A DNA stretch of 63,088 nucleotides, counting the filler, from Reticulomyxa filosa (taxonomy: Eukaryota > Protista > Foraminifera), in the NCBI GenBank assembly GCA_000512085.1. It is 23 parts of 23 records of this genome, joined end to end, with 100 filler letters (N's around TTAATTAATTAA, not from the genome) between each part and the next. Parts side by side here need not be neighbours in the genome. Positions count along the whole stretch, not along the records: positions 1 to 1,352 come from ASPP01034717.1; positions 1,453 to 3,285 come from ASPP01001292.1; positions 3,386 to 4,958 come from ASPP01003783.1; positions 5,059 to 6,683 come from ASPP01001540.1; positions 6,784 to 10,116 come from ASPP01002455.1; 18 more parts are not named here. One strand, 5' to 3'. How positions within the stretch are numbered: position 1 is the stretch's first letter; each line of letters starts with the position of its first letter. Below the pieces are notes generated by a model. That model did not search any database. It saw only the letters and a list, made by a program, of their open reading frames with translations, and was not told the origin of the DNA. Shown one piece after another: positions 1 through 10,116 of this stretch. The position numbers and the translations under genes were made by a program.

Positions 1-432
1 GCCCTAAAAAAAAATAAAATCAATTTTTGTTTTGCTATGTTGCATATCTCTTAAAAAGGTATGTGATAACTAGGATATTATCGATTGAAGAATATCGGTG
101 ATGATATATTTTATGGTGATTTTGAAGTTGAACAAATGAAATTAAATATTTATGTTCGTTGTAATGGACAAACCATTTCCCATTTTGTGTCGTCCCGGTC
201 GGTGATTTCTCTTATTAAAATTCAAAGTGGATCTTCATCCACTTTGAATGAAATTACAATACTTCGACAAAGCAAGCAATCCCTTTTTATATAAAGAGAA
301 AGCTCAATATTGTCTGAAATGGATGAAAGAGTATTATTTTGATAATCTAAAGTTTGAAATCATTGTTGACATATAAGCATATATATTTATATATAATTTG
401 CAAACGGCCTTTTACTCAATTATAAAAATAGA

Positions 433-1352
433 TTGCAAAAGCCAAGGAAATGGACAAATTGGATTTGGAGAGCCCCCCAATTGAATGAGGTAAGATCAGA
501 TTACGATCCTGATAAAATTCTCGAGTTATCACAATCAGAATGCGAAACTTTTATGAAAAAATGGTTCTCTAAAGTAATGGATTCCAGTGTATTGCAACAA
601 GATATGTTTTTCAATTATTTGTATGTACAATTTGTAGCATTGGCCAATTCATTGTATCTGAAAAATAAATTGGTTTTTGATCACTCCATTCAATATAAGC
701 ACGAGGCAACCGAATGTGCCATTGATATTGCCCAAGATTTGTGTTTTCACTCGTACAATTATATAACCATCGAAGAAAAAGATATTGACTTTTTTTATGT
801 AAAAAGTGAAAAAAATCCAAAAAATTTTTGTATTGATCAATCAAGATGGCATGTAATTCCAATTCAAAATACATATACATATATATTTGATATATACACC
901 AAAGATTATTTTGTATTTATTTTGCCTTGAAAAGGTTCTCTCTCAATATTGGCTTCAAGTGCTGATGGAACGAATATGGAAAAACTTGAGTTTTTAGAGA
1001 AGCATTTTTTCGTTATTACTTGGAAAGATCAGGTTAAACCAAAAAAATAATGTCATATTGTTTTATGATTTTAAATTGTTTCAATTCTATGTTAAACATA
1101 GGAAAAACAAAAAGAGGATTTACGAACTATGATATATGAAGATGGACAAAAGAAGCGATTGAGATTCTTACTCTATGCACTTGGAGTACCAAAACAGGAA
1201 CAAGAAAGAATTTTAAATAAATTGTCTACAGACATTCTCAAGCATTATGTATTGACTTATGACAATGTATTGAAGATGTTAGCTACCTTAGCAAAATCAG
1301 ATTCAATCGCCAGTATGTCCCATTGTATTGAATTTATAGATACTAATTGATT
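433..1352 (+). CDS. RNF213/mysterin-like AAA+ protein, internal multi-exon fragment (possibly pseudogene)
   Basis: Last exon encodes HYVLTYDNVLKMLA, resembling the Y-x-L-T-x-D-N-x-x-K motif that precedes Walker A in RNF213-type AAA modules. ORFs 433-930 and 1129-1350 are separated by AT-rich intron-like stretches. The Walker A itself is not present. Confidence 0.5.
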
Positions 1353-1452
1353 NNNNNNNNNNNNNNNNNNNNNNNNNNNNNNNNNNNNNNNNNNNNTTAA
1401 TTAATTAANNNNNNNNNNNNNNNNNNNNNNNNNNNNNNNNNNNNNNNNNNNN
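1353..1452. other. Artificial contig-joining spacer (N44-TTAATTAATTAA-N44); first of 22 copies
   Basis: Identical 100-bp linker with stops in all six frames, starting at 1353, 3286, 4959, 6684, 10117, 11521, 15576, 19891, 21498, 23260, 26117, 27540, 30730, 32418, 33785, 37290, 38610, 42933, 47657, 55810, 56976 and 61502. Confidence 0.99.
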
Positions 1453-2323
1453 TTGAGGAAAAAAAGGGTTCACTCGTTCATATGAAGCTTCTACTGTATT
1501 AGTAGGGCATTGCACTACAGCATACAATACGAATTTATGATTTACGCAAAAAGAAGAAGCATTACCAGAAATGAAAAAAGACTGGTGTGCAGATAACGAG
1601 TTGTAACAATGATAATAATTAATTGAGTTAGTGAATGAGATAAATACAGTTAGTTGTCACCAAGGTAGTACTATGAAATTGGCCAAAGCATAATGCATTC
1701 TTTATGCTGTTTGTATTGACGAGTTTTTGTGTTCAAAAAGATCCTGCCACATGATATAGGACTACTCGAACGAACAGTTTTTGTAATTGTTTCAAGTGAA
1801 AGTTACGTCACCATTCTTCGAACTGTGTTGTTGATATCTACAAAAATTTTTGTCGAACTAGGTTAATTGTTGTCATTGGGGCATCCAGTTTGAAAAAAGC
1901 GTGGAATCTTTTTTTTTTAAGTTAACGGAACAAAACGTAATGGATGCGAAAAAACTTGGTGTTTGATCGGATTTTTTTGAATATGATTGAGCTTAACTTG
2001 AAATACAATTACTGCGTTTGAAAATTAAAAAAGCACTTTTCATCGAGCTTCTAACATATAATTCAAGTTTCAAAGTCTTTTGTACTAGCGTATATCAAGT
2101 TTTTTTTGTTAAGTAAAGGAAATGAAAGCAAGAATTAAAAAACACAATAATATTGAAAGGGATTAAACAAAGGAAGAAGACCTTGCTTTCAATTATTGGA
2201 TTTATAATGAAAAGGTTTGATTGAACAAACGTTTAAAATAAACCAACAAGCATGCTCGCTTGTTTAAGAATCGTCTTAAACTATAAAAAGGAGACTCTAC
2301 AAAGATGAGTGTTTTTGGTTTAT

Positions 2324-3285
2324 TCAATCTTCTGTTAAATCTTCGGTATTTTCTTCAAGATCGTCATTTTGTTCCCCACTCTCTTCTGTCTGAAGGTGAT
2401 CGGCTTGATTCGAGTCTTGCATAAATTCAACAAGAGAATCAGGATTTTCTTCGTCATCGTCATCGTCATTGTCATCCGTATTACTATCATCTTCCATTTC
2501 AGACTCGTCAAAGTCGTAGGAATTGTGCGTTTTATCTTCGGAATTCGGACTTATTATATCGATTGCCTTATCTTGGGCCGTGTGATCTTCCGTTAAATCA
2601 ATTTCATTAATGTCATCGCCAAGCGTCGCCGGCGAAAGCGGTTGTGCAGGGCCGCTTACATCCAACAACTCTTCTTCTTTGGATGAAGAAGTAAACTTGG
2701 CACCGGTGAACAAACCCCCTTCCACATGAGGAGTGGTTTGTTGAAGATCTTTGCCTTGGGCGTCAGGAGATATTATGATCACAGCTTTCTCTTCGGAAGC
2801 TGTGAGCAATGGATCTTGCTTTCTACGTTTGGGAAGTGGAGTATTATCCACGCTAATCGTCTCCACTTCCTCTTCTTCTTCTTCTTCCAAATTTTCGGAC
2901 CAGTTCTCCATCTCCTCTCTTTTTCTTTTCCGTGGTAGCATGCCGCCTGAGCTGTACGGTGACTTGCTTTCGCTCTCGTCGACAGGTTCCACATTTGCCG
3001 ATGTTTGTGGTTCGGCAGTGACGGCTTCCTTGGACGACGGTTGCTTGTTGGCAGAGCTCAAAGTGTGTGGCTCCATTTCGTTGGCAAACACCGCCTCTTC
3101 CGCATGCGGTTTGTTTTCGGAGCCACTCGGCAGGTCCGCTTGCAAACGGGGTTCGGTTTTGTCCGTTGGAGCCGGCGTATGCACAGTCTCTTGATTGTCC
3201 AGTTGTATTTCCTCTTCGATGCCCGTTTCCGTTTCGTTGAGATCGACAATCTCTTCTCCTGCTCCTGTTGCATTCATTTCTTCTG
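2324..3285 (-). CDS. Acidic low-complexity protein, 3' part (hypothetical, possible nuclear protein)
   Basis: 317-aa E/D-rich ORF open to the contig edge, with two NLS-like basic clusters (PRKRKR, PKRRK) and higher GC than its flanks. Confidence 0.6.
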
Positions 3286-6200
3286 NNNNNNNNNNNNNNN
3301 NNNNNNNNNNNNNNNNNNNNNNNNNNNNNTTAATTAATTAANNNNNNNNNNNNNNNNNNNNNNNNNNNNNNNNNNNNNNNNNNNNAATGTAATTCCTTTT
3401 TTGTATTTGTTTATCAAAAAAATTTTACGAGCTGAACTTTTTTTTGTTGCATTCGAAAATGATGTCATTATCCATTACAATAACAAATTCAATGATTGAG
3501 ATACCAGTATTGACAAGATTTTATTTGCTCTGCATAGTTGAAGCAAAGCTGTTCGCTACCACCTCCAGTTTGACGCTATTTTCTTCATATTTGTTTTCAG
3601 AGATGAAATGATGAAAAATAAAAAAATCTGTTAGTATCATTTCATTGGTGTAAATATGAATTAGAAATACTACTTGCACTAGCTACTATATCAAATAGCG
3701 TAAAAGTAGTTACATTATTGCAAAAATTAAAAGACAAATCATTACAAACTAATAGATATTTATATTTAAAGAAGCAACGAGTGAAGTAATAGAAATAGCA
3801 CAAAATAATGAATAAGTGGAAATGGAAATAGAAATAGAAGAATGTTGTATACTATATGTAAAAGATTAATTGAATTAGATAATTGGTAAACAAAAACTTA
3901 TAGAATATTAAGAGAAATGGAAGATGATTTTGGTGATTTTATGATGTAATTTACAAGATAAAAAAATTGTAATGAATTAATACAAAGAAAGATTGATGTT
4001 TTTAATAATAGTGCAAATGTACAAAAACCATTAGATTATATGATTTCGTTGGGTTTAGTATTTGGATCATTTCAAATAGTGACTGTGTCCATATGCTGGC
4101 TATTGTTTGTATGTCTTTTTCATATTCGTTTATATATACTATGATGCTGTCTATTTGCTTGTGCATTCCTTTCCAGTACAAGATTTTTTCTTGTTTTATT
4201 ATTGTAAAGTTCCACATGTGACTACTAATGTTTCAACCTTGCGGCATAGTGAATGTACAATACGAATATTCGAAGTTTTTTGTGTCATGTCCTAGGAGTA
4301 TTTGCTCTCTTGTGTATTTCTCACCCAATCTACAACGATGTTTTGCCTTCTATTGCTTAAGGCTTCCACAGGACATTCAGTTCTTTTGTTCTAGCTAGAC
4401 TCTTTGGTACACTTTAGTCTTTTGTTCAAAGATATTAATTAATGCTAGCCTCTGGTTTGTTACTTGATTTACTGCACCCAGTCAGTGTATTTACTTCTGC
4501 GAAGTGGTGTTTGAGTTTACATATTATGATGAAAAGCAAAAGCAGAAGTAAGTCCAAAAGTAGAAGCAGAAATAGAAGCAAGAACAGAAACAAAACGGAA
4601 ATCGTTGAATTCAACATTATTTTAAAATTGTCTTTTTTTATTTTCTTTAAATTGCTAATAACCCAAAAAAAAAGCTGACTTTTTCTGAAATACACTTATA
4701 CTTGTCCTTCATCTTTCGCACAATTTTGCCCTTCCCATTTTATCGCTCGTCAATATTTTTTTTTCAAACAACAGCTCATGATAACAAAAAAATTTCTATC
4801 AATTCTCAATGTTAAAGCAACTACTATGTTTTGACAAAAAAAAAGACACGTTCATAAAAGTAACTAAAGAGAGTGATATTACAATAACTGAAAATTTTGT
4901 TTTTTGTTGTATAATCAGTATGCAAGAAAGGCAAAAGAGGTGCGAATCGTTTTGTTTCNNNNNNNNNNNNNNNNNNNNNNNNNNNNNNNNNNNNNNNNNN
5001 NNTTAATTAATTAANNNNNNNNNNNNNNNNNNNNNNNNNNNNNNNNNNNNNNNNNNNNATTGCACTTAGTTGTGACAAGTTTACGTAAAGTTTTACTTAA
5101 CAACATCTCTGTGCAACTGTTAATAGTATTACCTCTAACACAATATCATTGTTATCTGACAACAAAAGTCTTAATTGTCGAGCTATTTGAACATTGAACC
5201 TGCAAGATGTCAACCATTGAGAACTTGTCACAGTCAACTGATGCCGCTTGCAATCGCTATCCCAACCAAGAAGTAACCATAATTTGTAACGCAAGCTCAT
5301 TTAGTTGTCCTTACTGTTTAACAAAGTTGGTATCTAGATTCTTATTGGGAAAACACATGTGGAATTTTTCTAAAGGCACATTACAAAGAAGAAGGTGCAC
5401 TGGAAGAGAATCAACAAGAATTTTGATTCAACCAAAAATACTTGTAGGCTCACCTCTTGAAAATTTAAAAAGAGATTTTCCGATGTACAATTGGAAAATA
5501 GTGAGAATGAACTGTACAATGATAGTAAAAGCCAACCGAAAATGATACAAAATAACCATACGGAAAATCGAAAAATAATCGATGCGCTTAAAAAGGAAAA
5601 CAATGACCCACTACACAAATGGAAAAAGTAGAGAACAGTTACAACCAGTTGATCCAAAAAATGCAGAATGAAATAGATTAGCTTAAAAAACATAATTTGT
5701 TGAAAGACAAAGAGAAAATAAGAGACACAAATGATACAGCAAATAAAGGAAAAAAAGAACAAAAAGATGATAGAAGTGTAGTAACACAAGGAACATAAAC
5801 CAAAATAATAACGCTAGTGAAGGAACAAGTACAAAAGATGGAATCGAAGATAGTAATGTTCGGCTGGATATTCAATAATTATATAAAATTTTCCGATATA
5901 CTTAGCATGATGACCTCGTGGGGAATACAGAAAAAGGATCAAATTCCATAAGTATAGGAATGGAACCAGGAGGTATATATCATTGAAGGTAAAAGACAAA
6001 ATAACAGCAACAAAAGTAGTTGAAAATACAAAAAAAGAAATAGAAAATAAAAGTATGGGTAGTATGGGCAGATATATACAATGAAGAAAAACCAAAAAAT
6101 ACTAATCAAGTCGAAAGTAGAAATAACTTCTTCTTACCAAATGGAATAATCAAATCAATGGATACAAGAATTGGAGCAATGACAGACGACTTGAACACTA

Positions 6201-6783
6201 CCAACCAAGGATGATGATCCAATACGTGAATAATCCACAAAGGAGACATTGGCAATACAATAACATCAAAGCGAATGGATATCAATACCAATACACAAGA
6301 CAACGAAACAATACATATCATTGGAAAGTGGATGAGCAAATAAAAGCTAATAAAGACCAAGTCACTAGTAATAACAGTAATAACAAAAACCAAAATATAA
6401 AACAGAAACCAAAACCAGAATAGAATACCAATAATAACAATAATAATATTCAAAAAAATAAGAAACGACGATACCGAGATGACAGATCGGAAATCGAACT
6501 GACAATGTGGTGACAAAGCTCAACCATTGTCACCAAATAATATCTATCTAAATATTGTAAATAACTCCGAATCCGGGAACCAGTTCATCCAACCGTTGTA
6601 CACCTGTGATTCAAAATATTTAAGGAAAGGGGATGGTGATAATACCATGGATAATGTGGAGGGTTGTCATGATTATTATAATTNNNNNNNNNNNNNNNNN
6701 NNNNNNNNNNNNNNNNNNNNNNNNNNNTTAATTAATTAANNNNNNNNNNNNNNNNNNNNNNNNNNNNNNNNNNNNNNNNNNNN

Positions 6784-6904
6784 CACCGGTTAAACGGCGA
6801 AATTGGTCTGAATTTAACCCTTTGATAGCTTCGTATTTCATAACTTCCTATATTAGTTACTAAATACTTTTTAATCTATTTCTTTTAGTTTCGAAAGAAG
6901 TCTA
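6784..6904 (-). mobile_element. IS5-family (ISL2-like) insertion sequence, 5' end with transposase N-terminus
   Basis: Minus strand from ATG 6841 reads MKYEAIKGLNSDQFRRLTG (HTH_Tnp_4-like start), with AGGAAG upstream. Terminal repeat AGTTTCGAAAGAAGTCTA at 6887-6904 is the exact reverse complement of 9998-10015. Confidence 0.85.
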
Positions 6905-7161
6905 ATGAACAACCAAAATCACGGCATTTATAAACTAACAACTGCTGAAATACTCTACTTTATGCCTGATTACAAAGATATTTTACAAACTTTCATATGG
7001 CAACAATATGACTTTGATCCTTTATTTCCGGAATTAAAAAGTTTTTACAATTTTGGGATCGCGAAATCGAAGGAAAGCTTCATTCAGTTAAAATTTCTAC
7101 CAAAGATGGATTGATAAATAATCCTTTGGAATTCGCTTACTACTCTCATTATTTAAATTGA
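6905..7161 (+). CDS. usg: Usg-family protein (alphaproteobacterial), one homopolymer frameshift near 7040
   Basis: LTTAEILYFMPD..ILQTFIWQQYDFDPLFPEL. Adding one A in TTAAAAAG restores KKFLQFWDREIEGKLHSVKI, the family C-terminal motif, ending at TGA 7159-7161. Confidence 0.85.
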
Positions 7162-7186
7162 ATTATAAAATTAACGCTTTTATAGA

Positions 7187-7849
7187 TCACTTAAAACCTA
7201 AAGCAACAATGTATATTTCTGCTGACTCATCATAACTAGCTTTAGGCTTAAAATACCTAACATTGGAAAAATATTTTCGCATCTCATCCAATAATTTTTT
7301 TTCCTCAGCACCCTTCAGCATTTTGGCAACAAAATTTCCTCCCTTGCATAAATTTTGTAAGGTAAACTCTAAGGCAATTTCAGCTAAGCCAACAATTCTA
7401 AGATGATCTATTTGTCTATCACCACATGCATTAGCAGCCATATCGCTTAGAATCAAATCAGCTTTAGCATCTAGCAAATCTTGAAGTTTGTTAGTGTTCT
7501 CTTCAAGGGTAAAATCTCCAACCATACAGATTACCCCATCAATGGGATCTATTTCTTTCAAATCGATGCCAATAATCTTAGCATTTTTAGAGCATTTTTC
7601 TTTTAACACTTGTAACCACCCTCCAGGCGCAGCTCCTATATCGATGACTATTTTTGCATCTTTCAATATATTATACTTCTCATTAATTTCGACTAACTTA
7701 AAAGCCGCTCTTGATCTATATCCTTTTTGTTTGGCTAAATTAACAAATGGATCATTTAAATGGCGCTCAAGCCATTTAATTGAGGAAATTTTTCTACCTC
7801 TGGCGGTTTTTAGATTCTGTTTTACGTTACGAAAAGATTTATCTGACAA
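7187..7849 (-). CDS. rlmE: 23S rRNA Um2552 methyltransferase RlmE/FtsJ (bacterial)
   Basis: WLERHLNDPFV, GYRSRAAFKL, DIGAAPGGW, LSDMA, FVAKML, KPKAS...SAEIY (K-D-K-E tetrad). No introns; alphaproteobacterial-style N-terminus. The start is TTG 7849, or ATG 7862 if one T is an error. Confidence 0.97.
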   Translation of the reverse strand: MSDKSFRNVKQNLKTARGRKISSIKWLERHLNDPFVNLAKQKGYRSRAAFKLVEINEKYNILKDAKIVIDIGAAPGGWLQVLKEKCSKNAKIIGIDLKEIDPIDGVICMVGDFTLEENTNKLQDLLDAKADLILSDMAANACGDRQIDHLRIVGLAEIALEFTLQNLCKGGNFVAKMLKGAEEKKLLDEMRKYFSNVRYFKPKASYDESAEIYIVALGFK

Positions 7850-7982
7850 AAGCCTTACTCATATAGTTTATTAATAGTAAATTCTGGGTTAATTCCAGCA
7901 TTATATCACCTAATTAAAAAATTTAATAAATAAATTAACTTTTACAGTAGATAAAATTAGCTGCAGTTTTTGATTTTTAAGA

Positions 7983-7988
7983 TATAAT
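7983..7988 (+). promoter_or_regulatory. Putative sigma70 -10 box for rnpB
   Basis: TATAAT 8 nt upstream of the predicted RNase P RNA 5' end; no clear -35. Confidence 0.5.
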
Positions 7989-7996
7989 AGCATCTT

Positions 7997-8358
7997 GAGA
8001 TAGCTGGATGGTTGCTGTGTGTAAAAACATAGAGGAAAGTCCGGGCTTTATGGAACAATGATGCTGGCTAACCGCCAGAGAGGATAAAACCTTATGGAAA
8101 GTGCCACAGAAAACAAACCGCCTGTTAAAGGGTAAAGGTGAAAAGGTAAGGTAAGAGCTTACCGGGTAAGCAGCAATGGTTACCGCATGGCAAACCCCAT
8201 CAAAAGCAAGACCATATAGGTGCACAAAAGCTTTTAGCTTAAGCAAGTTCCGCGCTAGTGTACGGGTAGGTCGCAAGAGCTAAATGGTAACATTTAGCCA
8301 AGATGAATAACCATCAGAGAGCGTAAGCTTTCACAGAACCCGGCTTATAGGCTATCTC
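7997..8358 (+). ncRNA. rnpB: Bacterial RNase P RNA, type A
   Basis: GAGGAAAGTCCGGGC (CR-I), GGAAAGTGCCACAGAAA, GGTAAGAGC, GGCAAACCCC, and ACAGAACCCGGCTTA (CR-V). P1 closes as GAGATAGC/GCTATCTC. Confidence 0.97.
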
Positions 8359-8453
8359 ATTAAATTATACGGTATGCATAGCGTGCTAAACATAAACAAG
8401 AAAAATTAGAAATTTTTAAATTGTTTACTCTAAAATCTAATCGCTTTTGAATA

Positions 8454-9983
8454 ATGAAAATATTGTATCAAAATCTCATTTTACCGATTAAGCATCTGCA
8501 ACTAAAGTATATGCCTATTTTGATTATATATTTTTCTTATGGAATTTCCCAATTTCTATCTATTGCTGAAATTTTCTGGATAAAAAATGAATTGAATCTT
8601 TCATCTGTCGAAGTAATTCAGTTATCTTTTTGGTTATTTGCTCCCTGGACCTATAAAATTATCTTTGCCCAAGCTATAGAAAGAATCCAAATCTTTGGAA
8701 GCTTGCGCAAATCTTACATAATCATTGGAGCCCTAATTAACTTTGCCGGTTATATTATGCTGATCGGCATTGCAAATGATATGCATTGGGTAAAAATATT
8801 TGGCAACACCTACCACCAGCTTCTGGTAGCAGGTATTTTGAAGGCTTCTGGTTATATAATCCAGGATCTTATAGCTGACACATTATGTTTTGAATTAGTA
8901 TCTAAAACCGATAGTGAGGGGAAACCTCTTTCGGCAGATCTTATAAAATTCGAGATTGGTATTCTCCAACTTCAGGGTAAATTGATTTTAAAATTTGGTT
9001 TGTTGATTTCTGCAACTATAGGTGGCTATCTTGCCGCTAATTTTTCCTTTTCATACATCGTGTGGTACAGCTTATTAGTACCAATATTTAGCTTACTTTC
9101 ATTAATAAATTTAAACTTCAATGAGCAAATTTCTAAAACCCAACTCAATAAATACTATTTATTTTTTATTCTTCTTTCTATTGCTATTAGTTTATACATT
9201 GAAATTAAAAAAATCCCCTTCAATCAAGAGATCGTATTTGTAATTAACCTACTGGTTGTAATCTTTTTAATTCACCCATTCCTTACTTTTATGGATAATG
9301 CAAAGCTGATAAGATTTCTCACCTTTTCGGGAATGATATTCATCTATCGCATGCAACCACACTTTGGCCCCGCCATTGATTGGTGGCAAATTGATGTTTT
9401 GCAATTCAATCCCCACTTCTTTGCCAACCTAAAGCAAGCAACTATAATTATTGGGGTTTGTGGTACCTGGCTTTTATCATCATTTATAATTAAAAGCTCA
9501 ATTCCGAGAATAATCATAGCATTTACAATCATTTCCACCATTTTCAAATTACCGATAATAGGGATGGCTTATGGCTTACATATATGGACAGAACAAGTTT
9601 TCGGTTTTGGTGCCAAAACCATAGCGTTAATAGATACATCTTTAAGCAGTCCATTCGATATTGCTTTTATGGCTTCAGTATGGACATTTTATACTCTCAA
9701 CTCTCCTACCAATAATAGATTTACATATTTTGCTTTAGTAGCTTGCCTTCTAAACTTGGAATATGCTGCAGCTGAATTACTTACTAAATACTTGAATCAA
9801 ATTTACTTTGTTGAAAGAGGGCAATATGAATTAATCCCTAATTTAACTCTCAGTGTAACCTGTATCAACTTCATACTTCCAATATTAGGCGTATTATTTT
9901 TTACTATATTAAATAAGAAATTTTCATCCCATCATTTAGATAAACAATCCAAACCTGAACTAATTATTGCCACCCCAAATTGA
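8454..9983 (+). CDS. BT1/folate-biopterin-type MFS transporter (bacterial)
   Basis: 509-aa intronless multi-pass membrane protein with PWTYKIIF, IFGSLRKSY and IQDLIAD, matching BT1-family PW.xK / G.RRxxY / D...D motifs. Confidence 0.75.
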   Translation: MKILYQNLILPIKHLQLKYMPILIIYFSYGISQFLSIAEIFWIKNELNLSSVEVIQLSFWLFAPWTYKIIFAQAIERIQIFGSLRKSYIIIGALINFAGYIMLIGIANDMHWVKIFGNTYHQLLVAGILKASGYIIQDLIADTLCFELVSKTDSEGKPLSADLIKFEIGILQLQGKLILKFGLLISATIGGYLAANFSFSYIVWYSLLVPIFSLLSLINLNFNEQISKTQLNKYYLFFILLSIAISLYIEIKKIPFNQEIVFVINLLVVIFLIHPFLTFMDNAKLIRFLTFSGMIFIYRMQPHFGPAIDWWQIDVLQFNPHFFANLKQATIIIGVCGTWLLSSFIIKSSIPRIIIAFTIISTIFKLPIIGMAYGLHIWTEQVFGFGAKTIALIDTSLSSPFDIAFMASVWTFYTLNSPTNNRFTYFALVACLLNLEYAAAELLTKYLNQIYFVERGQYELIPNLTLSVTCINFILPILGVLFFTILNKKFSSHHLDKQSKPELIIATPN

Positions 9984-9997
9984 TACTAATCATTCAA

Positions 9998-10116
9998 TAG
10001 ACTTCTTTCGAAACTCATAACTTCAGCTCCCAATTATAAAAAGCAGTAATAAGATTAAAACGTAGGCCAAACCTCTTTCTTCTATTGCGATACCGATCAG
10101 CAATAATCTTAAAACG
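9998..10116 (-). mobile_element. IS5-family insertion sequence, 3' end with transposase C-terminus
   Basis: Minus strand reads RFKIIADRYRNRRKRFGLRFNLITAFYNWELKL* (DDE_Tnp_4-type C-terminus), followed directly by the terminal repeat at 9998-10015. Confidence 0.88.

Noticed and set aside
5059-6683. Zinc-finger or retroelement ORF1 remnant (FSCPYC...H)
   Set aside because: Too fragmented to assign a family.
7977-8276. 99-aa minus-strand ORF
   Set aside because: Antisense shadow of the RNase P RNA gene.
6784-10116. Horizontal transfer of bacterial genes into the host genome
   Set aside because: No physical link to eukaryotic sequence; the contig is wholly bacterial in organisation.
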